A stretch of 63,092 bases of DNA from Toensbergia leucococca (Eukaryota). Shown in pieces: positions 1 through 12,459 of the stretch (position 1 is the first letter of the stretch; each line of letters opens with the position of its first letter). The translations under genes and the position numbers were made by a program. Below the pieces are notes generated by a model, which saw only the letters and a list, made by a program, of their open reading frames with translations, had not been told where the DNA came from and did no database searches. The stretch spans positions 1-63,092 of the forward strand of contig JALDZS010000143.1 in NCBI GenBank assembly GCA_022813965.1, read 5' to 3'.

Positions 1-1276
1 AATAAAATCCTAGCCTCTGTAACTAACTGCATACCCTTTAACTCTGTAGTTAATAGAATTGTAACTTATATAGCTAGCAGTGCAAGCTTAGTTTCTGTAG
101 TTAATGCAATCTTAGACTTTATAATTGATAACACAACTTTAGTCTCTGTATTTGACGCAATCTTAGACTTTATAGCTGACAGAATTCTAAAGGCTGATGT
201 AGTTTTAGGCAGCTTATTTCTAGACTCTATTAACTGATACTTAGTAACAAGAGCCTAAAATTTGTCTTATAAGTAAGAAAAACTAAGGCCTTAAAGGTAT
301 GCATTGTCTTTAGTGAATATAGACTTATAAATAATCTCATTAAATTTCTCAAGAGCCTTCTGTTGTTTCTTTTATTTCTTGTAATCTATGTTGTATTAAC
401 TAAAATCTAGGTTATAGAGCATCTTAGATATAGAAGCTGCCTCTTTTGCTATCCTTGTATTTGTTGATAAAATAGAAGGAGATTTTGATTTTAAGGGTTC
501 TGTCTTAAGTATAGGCTGCTCTTGAATCCTAGAATCAACAAGGTCTCATATTTTAAGGTGTTGTGCCTTTTGTTTTGCTGTGCCTAGTAGCTATAAGTCT
601 TAATCCTTAGCTGTGTCAAGTTCAAATCTAATCTTGTAGATATCTTCTGTTTAGACTATCCTGCTAGTAGGTATTCTTTCTAACTCTGTGTTGTAATAAA
701 AGAATTTAGTAACAGAGTATGTGTATCTGATGTTAAATTGCTAATAGAGTCTGGCAGTGATCTGCTTCTAGCCTTAAGATTGCTAATAGACTGTAGTGAC
801 AGTCTATGTCTAGCCTTTGACATGCTGTTAAAAGGATTCTAATTGCAGGAGTCTGTTTCTAGCCTTGATGCTGTAGCTATAAGAATCCTGTCAGGTATTC
901 TTCTTTAGCCTTGAGTATTAGATATCTCTTAAAAGTGTTCTGTTAGCACAGAGTGCAAGTCTATTTAATACAGAGTGCTAGAAATCCTGCTAATAGTTAT
1001 GTTAGGTTTCTATTAACACAGATGTGTAAGGATATCTCTTAAGTAGTAGACAGATAAAGAAGTGTCTTAACAAAGAAATCTTGACAAAGAGTTGTCTTAA
1101 CAAAGAGTTGTCTTGCTTGACAAAGAAAATGTCAGTGTAGATGTCAGATGCTATCTAAAGTCTGTGTAAGAGATAGAATAAGTTCACAAACTTTAAGTAA
1201 AAAACTAATCACATTTGATCTTAATTTAAATCAGGCACACTTTTGATATTAGGTTAACACAGACACACTGTTAACA
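1..1276 (-). mobile_element. Heavily mutated LTR-retrotransposon remnant (putative 147-bp LTR at 1130-1276 plus adjacent leader/gag-like sequence running off the window)
   Basis: AT-rich, almost no CpG, TpA-rich, no open frames. Segment 1130-1276 is bounded by TGT...ACA. Next to it are short tandem repeats (CAAAGAGTTGTCTT, ~1060-1125) and a ~50-60 bp duplicated unit at ~88-181. No pol motifs are visible, so the superfamily is not assigned. Confidence 0.45.
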
Positions 1277-1289
1277 CAACAACAATGGT

Positions 1290-3339
1290 AAAACATCTTA
1301 TTATAGTATCTGACATGACATGAGCATGTACATCTGCATACACCTGCATGCTAACACTTTCTCTTTTACCTCTTTCTCTTTCATTCCTTTCTCTTTTATC
1401 TCTTTCTCTTTCACTCTTATTAAGAATATCAGGCCTTAGATAACATAGATCTCATGGCTCTTTTTCAACCTCTCACTTATCTTTCTTGTATTTTTTTTCT
1501 TTTCTTTTATAGTCATTTCTTTCTTCTGTTTTTAAATTACTAAAAGATTTATCAGCTGTTTATCATTATACTGTGTCTTAGATTGAGATTTGTGAGCTTT
1601 TTTCTGTTTCTCAACTCTTTTAAGATTATTAATTGTCTCATTAAGTAGAACATATGTCATAAATGCTGACTCACATACTTTATCAAACTTTTCTGCTAAT
1701 GCTACTGCATTAAGACCTTTCTTCTAAGCCTTGATTTTTTATATTATGTTATTTATCTGAGTTACATTTGCTGAGATAAAGGATATAGTTATTGCTTGCT
1801 CATTAAATGCTATAACTGTGATGTCTGAAGGTGTAACTGATTGATTTTTCTTAAGTCTTAGTCCTTAAAGAATAGTGTTTAACTTGTTAGAAAAAAGTTT
1901 ACTCTTTTCTTATGCATGCATAATATTATCTTTACTTGCTGTATTCATTCTGATAAATTGAATTTAGTGAATAAAGTCATTCTTATTTATATAGTAATCA
2001 GCTCTGAATCAGGTGTTTTTCTTTAGATGTTTTTGATAATAAGATGTTAATAACTTAAAGAATTCAATGTCTAACAGCTGAAGAATGTGTGTACTATAAG
2101 TCAGAAGGCATAAAGAAATAATATTATTGCTGACTTAGAATTCAATGATATTGTCAGTAAGATATAATGCATAATTATCATATATTAGAAGATAATGTGT
2201 TTCTTTGAGAGTTTAATGAGTTTATAAATCAAAGGTCTTAACAAACTATAATAGATCTAGATAGCAAGGTATGTTATTTATTTTCTAAGCTGAATAAATC
2301 ACTAAAGACCTATCTACTTACTTAGTATATTGTCTGTTTACTCACTTTTACTAATAATAATTTATATTCAGATCTGTTATGTTATCAAATTATTTTATTA
2401 TTTTCTTTATCTCTTTAAAAATAATAAACATGAAAAGAAGTCTTTTATCTGCAGAGATACGCTCTATAATAGTGACTCATTCTTTACTATTATTTTGAGT
2501 TCTATATCTCTGTATATTACACTTAAAACATAGAACTTATATCTTGTCAGCATTATTAAAACAACATCTTTTCTCATTTATGTTGTATGTATCTTTCTTC
2601 TAAATGTCATGCTCTTTTATTTGCGTTTTTACTCATTTAAGTCATCTCCTTATGCTTGCTTTATTATGTATAGCATTGTGTTCTTTATCTAATGACTGAC
2701 TAAATGCACTTTGTATCAGAAGATAACATTTTAGATATTTTGTGACTCAGTTGACTCTTAGTACTATACATCATAATAAGTCCTTGTATGTTTTTATTTT
2801 ATTTTTTTTTTATTTCTTTATCAAGTGCATGTAGCCTTGAGGCTATGGCACTGACTAAGTCTATATATGTATAAGTATAAAAAAACCTTGTATCACCTGA
2901 CATACTCCCTGCTTATCAGTCTATAGTAATTGGTGTAGCAATAACACAAAGCCCTTGTATAAGATGATAAGATAAGATAATGAGGTAAAGACGTATGTTT
3001 TTAACCCCCTTTCTCTGCTAGTATCTTTGTTATCATTGATTGAATATGTTTAACTTTAAGAGATTAATCTCATTGTTTTATCTGAAGAATTTAAGTCTTT
3101 AATGCTTTCTTCTCTGCAAAGGTAAGTCACTATGTATTCTTCTTAATCTTATGTTAAGACTGAGTTGTTTTTCTAATCTGTTATTGTAACATAAAAGGAA
3201 TCAAGTTATACATCTTAGCAAGCAGTGTAATAGAAATCTTTTTATAGACTGCAATAGCTGTATAATACTCACTGATAGCAAGATATAATTATATCTCTTT
3301 AGATATCTCTTTTTTAGTCTTAAAAGTCTTTAAAGGCAT
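1290..3339 (-). mobile_element. Fot1/pogo-family (Tc1/mariner DDE) DNA transposon, RIP-inactivated transposase
   Basis: Minus-strand translation from ATG 3339 gives an HTH-like N-terminus (SITLLAKMYNLIPFMLQ*QI...LTFAEKKALKT*IL). It also gives DTYNINEK (~2570-2600; consensus-like DIYNMDE) and LLIYDNYALYLT...NNIISLCLLTYSTHILQLLDIEFF (~2050-2200; matches LLILDGHGSH...LPPHSTHLLQPLDVG). Deviations from consensus are largely C->T/G->A. The 3' boundary is approximate. Confidence 0.85.
2790..2948 (-). mobile_element. Short poly(A)-tailed retroposon insertion (5'-truncated LINE or SINE) nested in the pogo element
   Basis: Poly(T) tract at 2791-2819 is a minus-strand poly(A). It is flanked by 12-bp direct repeats AAGTCCTTGTAT (2778-2789) and AAGCCCTTGTAT (2949-2960), which differ by one C/T. 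Confidence 0.6.
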
Positions 3340-3558
3340 GATAAATCAATGATGTTGATAAGAGAAAAGATAAGAAGAAAATTTTTTTGGTGTTCCTGAT
3401 CAGGTTAGCGTGTTGCAAAGGTAAGTTTGCTGCACTGATAGGTTATCATAAGGGGCTCTAACTCTTTCTTGCTGCATTCTTATAAAAAGATTATTTTATA
3501 ATATTACATACTTAGTAACAAGGGCAAGTTTCTTATGTGTTAGATAGTAGTATTTACA

Positions 3559-4347
3559 TTACTTCTTTGACTTTCTTGACTTTGTACTCATACTAACTAA
3601 CACATTACTGTTCAATGCCTCTTGCTTGGAAAAACTAGAACCTGAATGATTTAATGTTCTTTGAGCTTCGTTGTCAATATTATCAGACCCTCCTATCCTG
3701 TGAAGCGCATTCTTTGGGTCGTCCTGGACTACGACAGCGATTGACGACGCCACCCACTGTTGGAATGGCTTAGCAACAAAATACCCGTCCGCATCAAACC
3801 ATCGAGTAAAAGGAGCCGCTAGATCAAGTGTTTCCCAGTCTCCCCTGGGCTTGGACGAGGAAAGATAGCGAACACTCAGATTATACGTAGGAACATGCTT
3901 TGCTACACTCGAGGCGAAAGATACCTGAAAGCATTATCAGCAAAGTAGTCTCTCTACATCCAAAATGGTAGCGCTCTACCAATGTCCCATCAAGCTCGCC
4001 AGTAAACACTTTGCCCTTCTCCACAGCCCAGATCCAGTAAGCCAGAGCGGCATCTAGGACGAAGTAGGCTATCACGGCCCACAAGGTATAGGTTTTGGTT
4101 GTGTCCCATCCAAGCTTATAGTCGAAGTAGAACGTGATGGCAGCAATGGTGACTGCACCATAGCCTAGCATGAGCCGCACGTCTGTGAGGACATGTGATT
4201 GTATGAATTTCAGAGAAGTAAGATAATTTGGGAGAGCATCGTCAGTCGTGTTTTTGAGGTCTGAGAGGGTGAGTCAAGCCAAAGTATGATGAGAGATGTA
4301 GAGAGCATACCTGACAGCGAGTAGACAGCAATCTTGGAGGCGGCCAT
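3559..4347 (-). CDS. SPC2: Signal peptidase complex subunit 2 (SPC25/Spc2), 3 exons
   Basis: Spliced translation MAASKIAVYSLSDLKNTTDDALPNYL...DVRLMLGYGAV (2 TM)...APFTRWFDADGYFVAKPFQQW...KSRKSKK*. Intron 4261-4310 plus a second intron at ~3925-3978. Confidence 0.9.
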
Positions 4348-4606
4348 GAATAGGTTGAAACCAGAGATTTGATGGTGTGAGGTTCTGTGGTGGTAAAGGC
4401 TAGATTATTGCAGCTTCAAACACTCTGAAATGGTGGTCGCTTGTGAGCATCAGGACACCAACCCCACGTAATTTCACCGATTCTTACATAAATATTCTAC
4501 TCTAGAAATTTGGGCTCTTGATGAAAATTAGCCCGAATCGCCCAGCATCCATTTCAAATCCAACATCCAACCACGGCCTTTCCTGGAGGCCATATCTTTC
4601 TCAAGC

Positions 4607-5641
4607 ATGGCCGACGCCATTGTCCAGACCATTCATCGGGATCCAGCTCTCTTGTACTATGCTCCATCGTCTCAAGCATGTATTCACAGCTGATCGAGTT
4701 TCACTAGCTATTGGATACTCTTTCCCATAACTGTTGTCATGGTATGTCTTCCCAATTGTATATAAGATCGTCCTAAGATTGCGCCCTTAGATCCTAACGG
4801 GTGTCCTCCGCCACTACGCAACTGTTTTGCTGGCCACTACTCCCAAGAAACAGGACTTCCCTACACTGCGAGAACAGCGCTCACTTCTTCGGGGTATCAA
4901 TTTACGCACCAACTGTCATGTTATCTCCCCGTCCTCTTTCAACTCTCGTAAAAGTTTTCTTGTTTCAGCATACAAAGATGGAGTTTTTTTGAAGGACCCA
5001 GAAAATAGGGGAAAACCTGCCGGAAATCCTATGACTGATCCAGCGGCGATGGAGGGCATGATGGGTATGATGAAGGGGAACATGGCTATGATGGTTCCGC
5101 AGACCTTAATAATGGGATGGATAAACGCCTTTTTCGCTGGGTTTGTCATTAGTATGTCTACACTTGCTCCTGATAATGACGATATCTTCAACAGAAAGCA
5201 TTGGGTTCTCCAGCAATATACAAGCTAACTTAAGCATTGTGCGTAAATAGTGAAACTCCCCTTCCCGTTGACGATACGTTTCAAGTCAATGTTGCAATCA
5301 GGTGTTGCGACAAGAGACCTAGACGTCCGATGGGTGTCGAGTCTATCATGGTACTTTCTCAATCTTTTTGGTCTGCAGTCTGTATTCATTTTCATTCTGG
5401 GCAATGACAATGGTAAGAACTCCTAAGCAGATTGGAATGCCATTTTCAAAGCTGACACAGCAAAGCTGCAAGCCAGATGGCCCAGCAGATGTCGCAGATG
5501 AACCCCGGTGCAGCGACGGGGATGTTTCAACCTGGCCAGGATCCCGACAAACTCTTTCAAAGTGAAGTAGAGAATTTGGAGGTAGTAGAACACGAATACA
5601 TATTGGCCGGGATCGAGGATCGATTGCTCGCAAGTATATGA
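4607..5641 (+). CDS. EMC3: ER membrane protein complex subunit 3 (DUF106/Oxa1 superfamily), multi-exon
   Basis: [90 protein letters not shown]...[10 protein letters not shown]. Stop TGA 5639-5641. Confidence 0.93.
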
Positions 5642-6323
5642 TCGCTAAATGCACTCAATGCCGACTTGTACAAGACTCTTGAATTCTGAGAGTAATGTTC
5701 GTATATTTTGTCCTGTATACGTAGGCATCTCTTTCGTACCCTGACAGGTGGAAAGCCTGGGACTAATTAGCTATCTGGTGTCACCGTCGACACTCCACGA
5801 GGTACCAACAAGACCTTCCTGTATCCGGCCCTGCTTCATACGTGCGGGCACCACGCACTCGTACTAGAGGCATCGAGATGTCCGTGTTTAAGAACGGCAT
5901 AATGACGTATCACCAGGCCAATTAATCTAGCTCATAGCGTATTAATAACCAGGAAACTTTCTCGCTATCTGCTTGGCTCATTGCTCCGAGAAGAAATCTG
6001 GAAGAAGACCGACAGGAAAGAAGATTGGTCGAATCTATGAATGCCAATGAGAATTAAGGCGAGCAGGCCAATATGTCCCTCAAAAACTCTTTCATGGTCT
6101 AGCTTCAATGAAGCCTGAGTCGGGGGGCTAGGCTTCTATCATCCTAAACAACGGCATTCTAACTTCTCTGCGTTTCTACTATCTCTACAATGTCTCTTAG
6201 ATGAGAACTCCAGCCCTGTCATCTAATATACAATCCTCCCTGGCTAGCGAAAATGTTCGTACAACCCCAGCCAAATCTTATTCTATGTTGCTAATTGGCT
6301 GGCAAAGTTATAAAGCTCGGGAC

Positions 6324-9300
6324 TCACTTCTTCATCTCTCTCATCTCAAAATCCTCTGTTTGGCTCTTGGATGGCTGGCCCCCAACTCCCTTTTCCTCCC
6401 TCGTCTGTAAACCTCCTGTTACGGGGGGCTCTGGGCGTGGTAGCACTTCACCTGCAGAGTCGGATTCTGTGCCTCGCAGTATAGCTTGAGGGCTAATAGT
6501 TCCACTTCTCAAATCCAATCTCTCCGGGCTAGCCCCTGACTCCGGAATCTCTACCATTCCTTGCTCCATGAGATTCTCGTACCCACCATTTCCATCGAAT
6601 CTATGGCTGTGCTTTCCAAAGAAACGATTGCTGTGAGTGCCCGAAGGAGCTCTCCTCAGTCGTGTCTGTGATTCGGTTGACTGGCGGCGAAGGCCAAAAC
6701 GGGAGCGATTCGCGCCAGCGCGAGAGGTGGAACGACCAACTGTAGCGTTATTGCTATCTTCTTCTTCTTCCTCTGCAATGCGATCTTGAGGAACTTGAGA
6801 CCGGGACGGCGAGGTCCTGGTGAAGTTTGGAAAGCGTTGTTCGCCTCGGTTGTCAAAGACATCTCCCATCATGTCCCCAGGGCCGACATCTTTCATTCCA
6901 AGAGAGAAATCGACCCTTTTGGACATCGCAGATACGGATTCACCACGGGCTCGCGAGGTACGTGATGTGCTCGTTGTATGGCGAAGAGAAGAAGAAAGGT
7001 TGCGAAGTGCAGGGATATCGGCAGCATTAGGGACAAATGCTGCTTCGCGGCCAAGAGAGCCGGAATGAGGTCCGGGGCTGCTATCAGTATTCCCGATAAT
7101 ACCATTGGCGGCGTGCTGGAGGTACAAGGGCAACTCTTCCTTCTGACCGGGAATGCGCATACGCGGCCCTTCGATGCCAATTTCTTGCATTGAGACCATC
7201 ATGGCACAGATGAATTTGTTACGACGTTGGAGACGAAGCGCTTCGTTCTGCCAATTAGACTTATAGAAGAAGATTACGTTCAGGTTGACGGAATGAGCCT
7301 CAACGATATCACGGATTTCCTATGAGTAGGTTAGTTAGACTGATTTCTCGAAGAATGCTGAATCCAAAGCGTCAAATCAGTGAGTGCGAGATGCGGAGCA
7401 CTGCCGCTCTGAGACTCAAACCACATGAAGCAACAAGGGAGCGAGGATCACTGACTGTTAAAATCTGGCCTTGGTACTCTCTGTTCTCGGATTTCACAAA
7501 ATCAAGCAAACGGGCACGAAGGTCATCAATCTGGTCTAAAGTTGTGCCAAACTTGATGGTCAGTGGCACAGCTTCGGCCAAACCACCAGAGCGACGCATG
7601 TTGAGGATGAAGAGGGTATTCAAATAGCTGTTAGGCGCTTGGACCACGTGACCCTCCATCTTCTTGAATTCTGTGTACAATAAGGAAATCTCTTTCACAA
7701 AGTAATCGTCTCCTTTTAACGCGACCCCAGTGTTCCCATATATACTGACTCGATCTCCTACGTCGAAGGGATGTTTCACAAGGACGAAAATGACAGATTG
7801 AAGGAACTCCTGAGCAGTCGCTGAAAACAACCATGATAGCGCGAGAACCGCACTACCTGCACTGCCGAGAATAGACGAGGCAGATGTTGAGATCAAGGAT
7901 ATAAAGACCAGCAGAGTCACAATGATAACCACAAACACTAGAACTGCATCGAGTTTTGATACGACCGAGTCAAGGTCCTTCAGGGATGCTGTGATTGACT
8001 TGCGTTCTCTCCCGATTTCGACACACACGGCTTCGAGCTCTTCCAATGAGATATCGCCATTCAGATCTTTGTCGAACTATGCTTACTGTTAGCCTCGAAG
8101 TCATTCGAAAAATTTGCCGGTGGTTTTGATCCCCAGCATGCTGTCTCAAATGCTGCTTAACCACGAAAACATGGGCGGGAGGACAGCACAATGATGGCCG
8201 AATGCGCGATCTAATACGTGCTCCCAGCGTTGTAGCGAGACGAATCATGTATCTTAACATCCTTGATATATAAAACAAAATCCAACTTACCATGGTGAAG
8301 GCAGCCTCTGCCTCGTCGTCATTGCCGAAGGCGTCTTTCAAGTCGTCCACGACGATTGTCTCTGCGTCCTCCACGAAAGTCCTCCAGAGCCGGCGAGCAA
8401 GAACCTGACTACCGGCCGGAGAATTAAGTAAGGTCAATACGACCTGATGGGGATGTGTGCTCTTCGTGACTTTCTTCCCAGTGAAGTCCCCAGCGACTTT
8501 ACCTGCTACATCTCCGACCTTGCTGAAGGCCTCCCGGGCGTTTTTTTGCGCTTTGTCTAGGTATTGCATAGGCGTCCGTGCTCCGGATCCAGGCCCCGAT
8601 GGGCCTCCTTGCTCAAAGTCCGAATCATCCATCGCAATCTTCTGCTTTGAGTACTGGTACAATTTCGTCAAGCTACCAATCTGAAATTTGTTTACTTCTA
8701 TGCGATCGGCGTATGTCCGAAGATGAAAACTGATTGCAATGAGCTGGATAATTATTTTCTCGATAAAATTCAATGTAGCTCCAATCAACAGTGACACAAT
8801 GATCCTGCTCATAGTATTTTCCCAAGATTTTGTTTTCTTATCCCCGTCAAGATGATGATTCACCATGGTGGGTAAGAATGATATCTCTAGCCCGAGCGCC
8901 CAGAAAAAGATGGTTGCCGGAACTTCGAGTTGCTTGCCCATATCTCTCCACTTCTTGCTGTTATTGGTAAAAAGGCTGGCAACGATGCCAAGCGGCCACG
9001 GAACCATTTTCGCAACAATCTAGGCAATGCACTTAGCAATCCTTCACAGCTACGGTGTTGTCCTGCACGTACTCTTCCGGCCCAAAGGGTAAGCCAGACA
9101 ATCTCGAGCCAGACGGAAAACCATAGGAGCTCCACGCCTCCAACAGTAGCCTCCTTGAATAGGAGAACACCCAAGAGTAGCGGAATCAGCAAAATCAATA
9201 CTATGGGTACTATGTAGGAAAAGTAACGAATCAGGAAACTCGAGTTGTGAATTCTCTTGAATACCTTGCCTATATTTGAAGAAGGGTTTTCTGGTGGTTT

Positions 9301-9663
9301 GTATAAAGCAGTCTTTTCGTGGATTGGATTGGTTGCCGCATCAAAAGTGTCGACAGGATTGGAGCGTGCAGACCTCCTCGATCTTGATCGATGTACTGAC
9401 TTGGAACGGGACAGGCTGACAGGGCCTTGGGAATCTTGGGCGTCTGATACGACTCTCTCTGCTTGGAGCATGGCCAAGTCATCATTCAGACGGTGCTGTT
9501 GCTCTCGGGTAGGGCCTTTCTGCAAGTCATTGGTAGGCTGAGGTGCAAGATGATTGAAGTCGAGGGATTCATCAACAAAATTCTCGTCCACATCCGAAGT
9601 CGGAGCAGCGTCCATTCCGGATGTGTATTGAGGTTGAGGAAATTCATGTACGGGTGTAGTCAT
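6324..9663 (-). CDS. MscS-like mechanosensitive channel with EF-hand (Msy1/Msy2 type), 4 exons
   Basis: Multiple TM helices; EF-hand [15 protein letters not shown] formed across intron 8077-8290; MscS signature [31 protein letters not shown]. Other introns at ~9021-9071 and ~7320-7454. Confidence 0.9.
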
Positions 9664-10779
9664 AGCGTCAAATGAGGATGATAGAGAGGTATCTATCAAG
9701 AGTGCCTAGTTTCCGGCTTGTTATGATCAGATGAAGTGAATCAGATGCTAATGAAGATGAATGACAATGAAATTGAAAACGAGTGACAATGCCTAATGGA
9801 CCGGCCACAAGGTCTGGGTGATAAGGAGTCAAAGTAAGTAAAGTAGGTGCTAGGGAATTTTCTAACAGCGTTGGGAACATGCCAAGTAGAACTACCTAGA
9901 CCCTACGTCACACATCCTTGCTGAAGATCCGTTACTCTACGGAGTATTCTAGAATAAGTTAACCGACACTCCCGACTCAAGAGTATTTCGCCGAGCACAC
10001 GGAATCCTCCATGACAACCCCTCTCCCATTCAATTAGGCACAACAGTTCCACTATCTAAACCCACCCTGTTGCATCATTGTGTATACAGATACTTTTCCC
10101 TTGATGCACATTGTCCCGGTGTCAATAAATGTAAAACGACTGAAGCAAGGCGAACGCCGCAGCCGCATTTCGGGAAGCTCGCGTCTTAAAGCTTGAAACT
10201 TCCATCTTTTTATAGCTGTATATAAAAGTTTCATTGAATTCTGGCCACGCCATTCCATAAATGTTCTACTGCCTCTACTTCTGTGTTCTTTTTGATGCCT
10301 CTCTTTGGTTTCTCACCATAGGAGTCATTGGTATCAACCCTCACCCGTGTCCCCAACTTTGGGCCACTGGTTATTGATAAAACACAGATTGAATGTGAGA
10401 GATGATCTCATCCCTACCTTTTTCTCATGACAAACTTCTAGCTCGGTAAGCATGTGTGGCTCTCACAGAATTATAGGCCCGATGAAATAGAGATTTACTT
10501 TGGTTATTGTCTCTTTGGGTTCCCCGGGAACACAGGCTTTCTGAATATTTTATGACTGAATTTTATCACTGATATAGGTGTCATTAGTCTGATTGCAATA
10601 CCATTACATTCCATCCTTTATGATAGACACCCACCTCATCATTCATTACTTTACCTATTTATCTGTGGATGAGGCAACTAATTCAGGCTCTTAGATGGTA
10701 GTCAATTTAGGGGGATAATCAGGTGAAGACGTGCTGTGAAACCTTGTTATTTCCCTATGGTTGCGCACGAGAGTGGAGG

Positions 10780-10965
10780 AGTGGTATATGAAATCGCGAT
10801 GTTTTCCTGGGTGATACTGCTCTCAATTGCACGTAAATGATGTGGTAAATGGCATGCAATCCTCGAACGAAGGTAGGAAATTAAGGCAGAAGGTGGTGTG
10901 AAATCAAGATGGTCCCTAGATCCCTCGGCGATCATGCGCCCGGGGAATTTCAGTAAAATACTCAG
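10780..10965. mobile_element. Decayed copy of the right arm of the 16414-16937 foldback element
   Basis: TCCCTCGGCGATCATGCGCCCGG (10921-10943) matches TCCCTCGGTGATCTTGCGCCCGA (~16895-16917). The upstream blocks GTAAATGGC.TGCA, AGGTAG and AGGCA...GTGGTG are collinear in both. Confidence 0.6.
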
Positions 10966-11331
10966 AGAACCTGTGTGTCCCTTAGGAACCCATTGTCCGC
11001 TACATCGAGAGGCGTTGGTCTGAGGTAAGAACAAGATCAGCATGCCCGGCTTGATAGGGATGAGAATGCCAGCTCTAACCCCAGAAGACTTGATCAGAAG
11101 ACTTGAGACAAAATCCAACCTGCCCTTTCACGCAAAATTGTGAACGGAAGGTTTCCCATCTTGAGAACACATAGAACGTTTCTTCGAAATCTTAAGGGTA
11201 TTCCACCGACCTTTCCCATAGACCCATCCCACTCTTCAGTCGCTTAGCGATAAGTTCGGCAGTAATATGCTTACGGACCAGATCTCAGCCTATCCGTCTC
11301 AAAAGTGTCACTTGAATCCTCAAGTTTCTCA

Positions 11332-12459
11332 CTATATTACATCGAGTCTGACTCTCTTGGCCTCAGCACCATCATCTGTAGCATCCTCCGCACTAGTCAA
11401 TCTCGGGTTGTCGGCTTCTGCATCGCCTTCAGCTTCGGCATCAGCAGCTCTACCTCGCTTTAGACCCTTCATCTTCCTTGTCTGCAGATCGCTCAAATCC
11501 TGCTTCCCAAGATGAATTCTGCCCATTTTGTCTCCTACTATGTCAGTCTCCACGTTCTTCTTTGACTTTGCCTGTAGACGGGTTATATCAAGTCAGCCCG
11601 GCATTTTGATGTATTGAGTTTACTCGTAGACTTCTGACATACCTCTCCGCCCTTCACTCTCTTCATAGCGTCTTTCCATACAGCTTCGTCGGCCTCCTTG
11701 ATCCGCCCGATTCGAAAGTCAATCCTCGGCCCCATTTCCTCCACCTCCACCCTCGGTAATCTTTGACCACTTCTCCTTGTCACAATTCTCCAGCATCTCA
11801 TGTGAAGCTTTGGAATCTCATCGTCCTCGCTGGCTTCTCCTGCGCAGAAACTAATCAAACACTGTAACCCTTCTACATCTACTGCTTGTGCCTCCCCACC
11901 TCGGAAGAAATCGAGGAACATGCTCTTCGCTAAAGTATACTGATTTGCAACTGGACTTTCGAATTGAGCTCCTGAAAAACTTAGAAGCGGTTTCACCCCA
12001 ATTCTGCACTTTTCTCCCCGAAACTGACTTAAGGTTCTAGCTGTATCTTGTACCACGCATAGTTCGATCATGTCCAGAACTTGACCGCCAAAGCATCTCG
12101 TCCAGGTCATAGAATGGGGCCGCTTCTTACTGTGGCTTCCAAAAACGAGTAGGGAAGCGTCATTCTTTTGAGAGAAGAATTCTAAACTCGAAGCATCTTC
12201 GAATGGATGGATGGAATTCTTCTTTGTGAAGCGAATGGCAAGGGGGCGTTTCAAAGAATGAATGTCGGTGAGAAGATCGTTGATCAATGAGGAGGAGCTT
12301 GTGCCGCGGCAAAAGAGGGTTGTTTTGGGGTTTTCATTGTGGAGGGGTTCTCGTTTTGAGAGAGCCCTTTGGGAGCGAGCTGTCTTGGGTTTGCTGGCAA
12401 AAAAACAATTAATTACCGAAATGTTTGTCCGATTGCTGTACATACATTTGCCGCAGCAT
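11332..12459 (-). CDS. RPF2: Ribosome biogenesis Brix-domain protein Rpf2
   Basis: MLRQ(I)/intron/KPKTARSQRALSKREP; KKNSIHPFEDASSLEFFSQKND; HSKKRPH; RVEVEEMGPRIDFRIGR; KNVETDIVGDKMGRIHLGKQDLSDLQTRKMKGLK. Confidence 0.95.

Noticed and set aside
2330..2533. 67-aa hydrophobic ORF
   Set aside because: Antisense by-product of the AT-rich mutated transposase.
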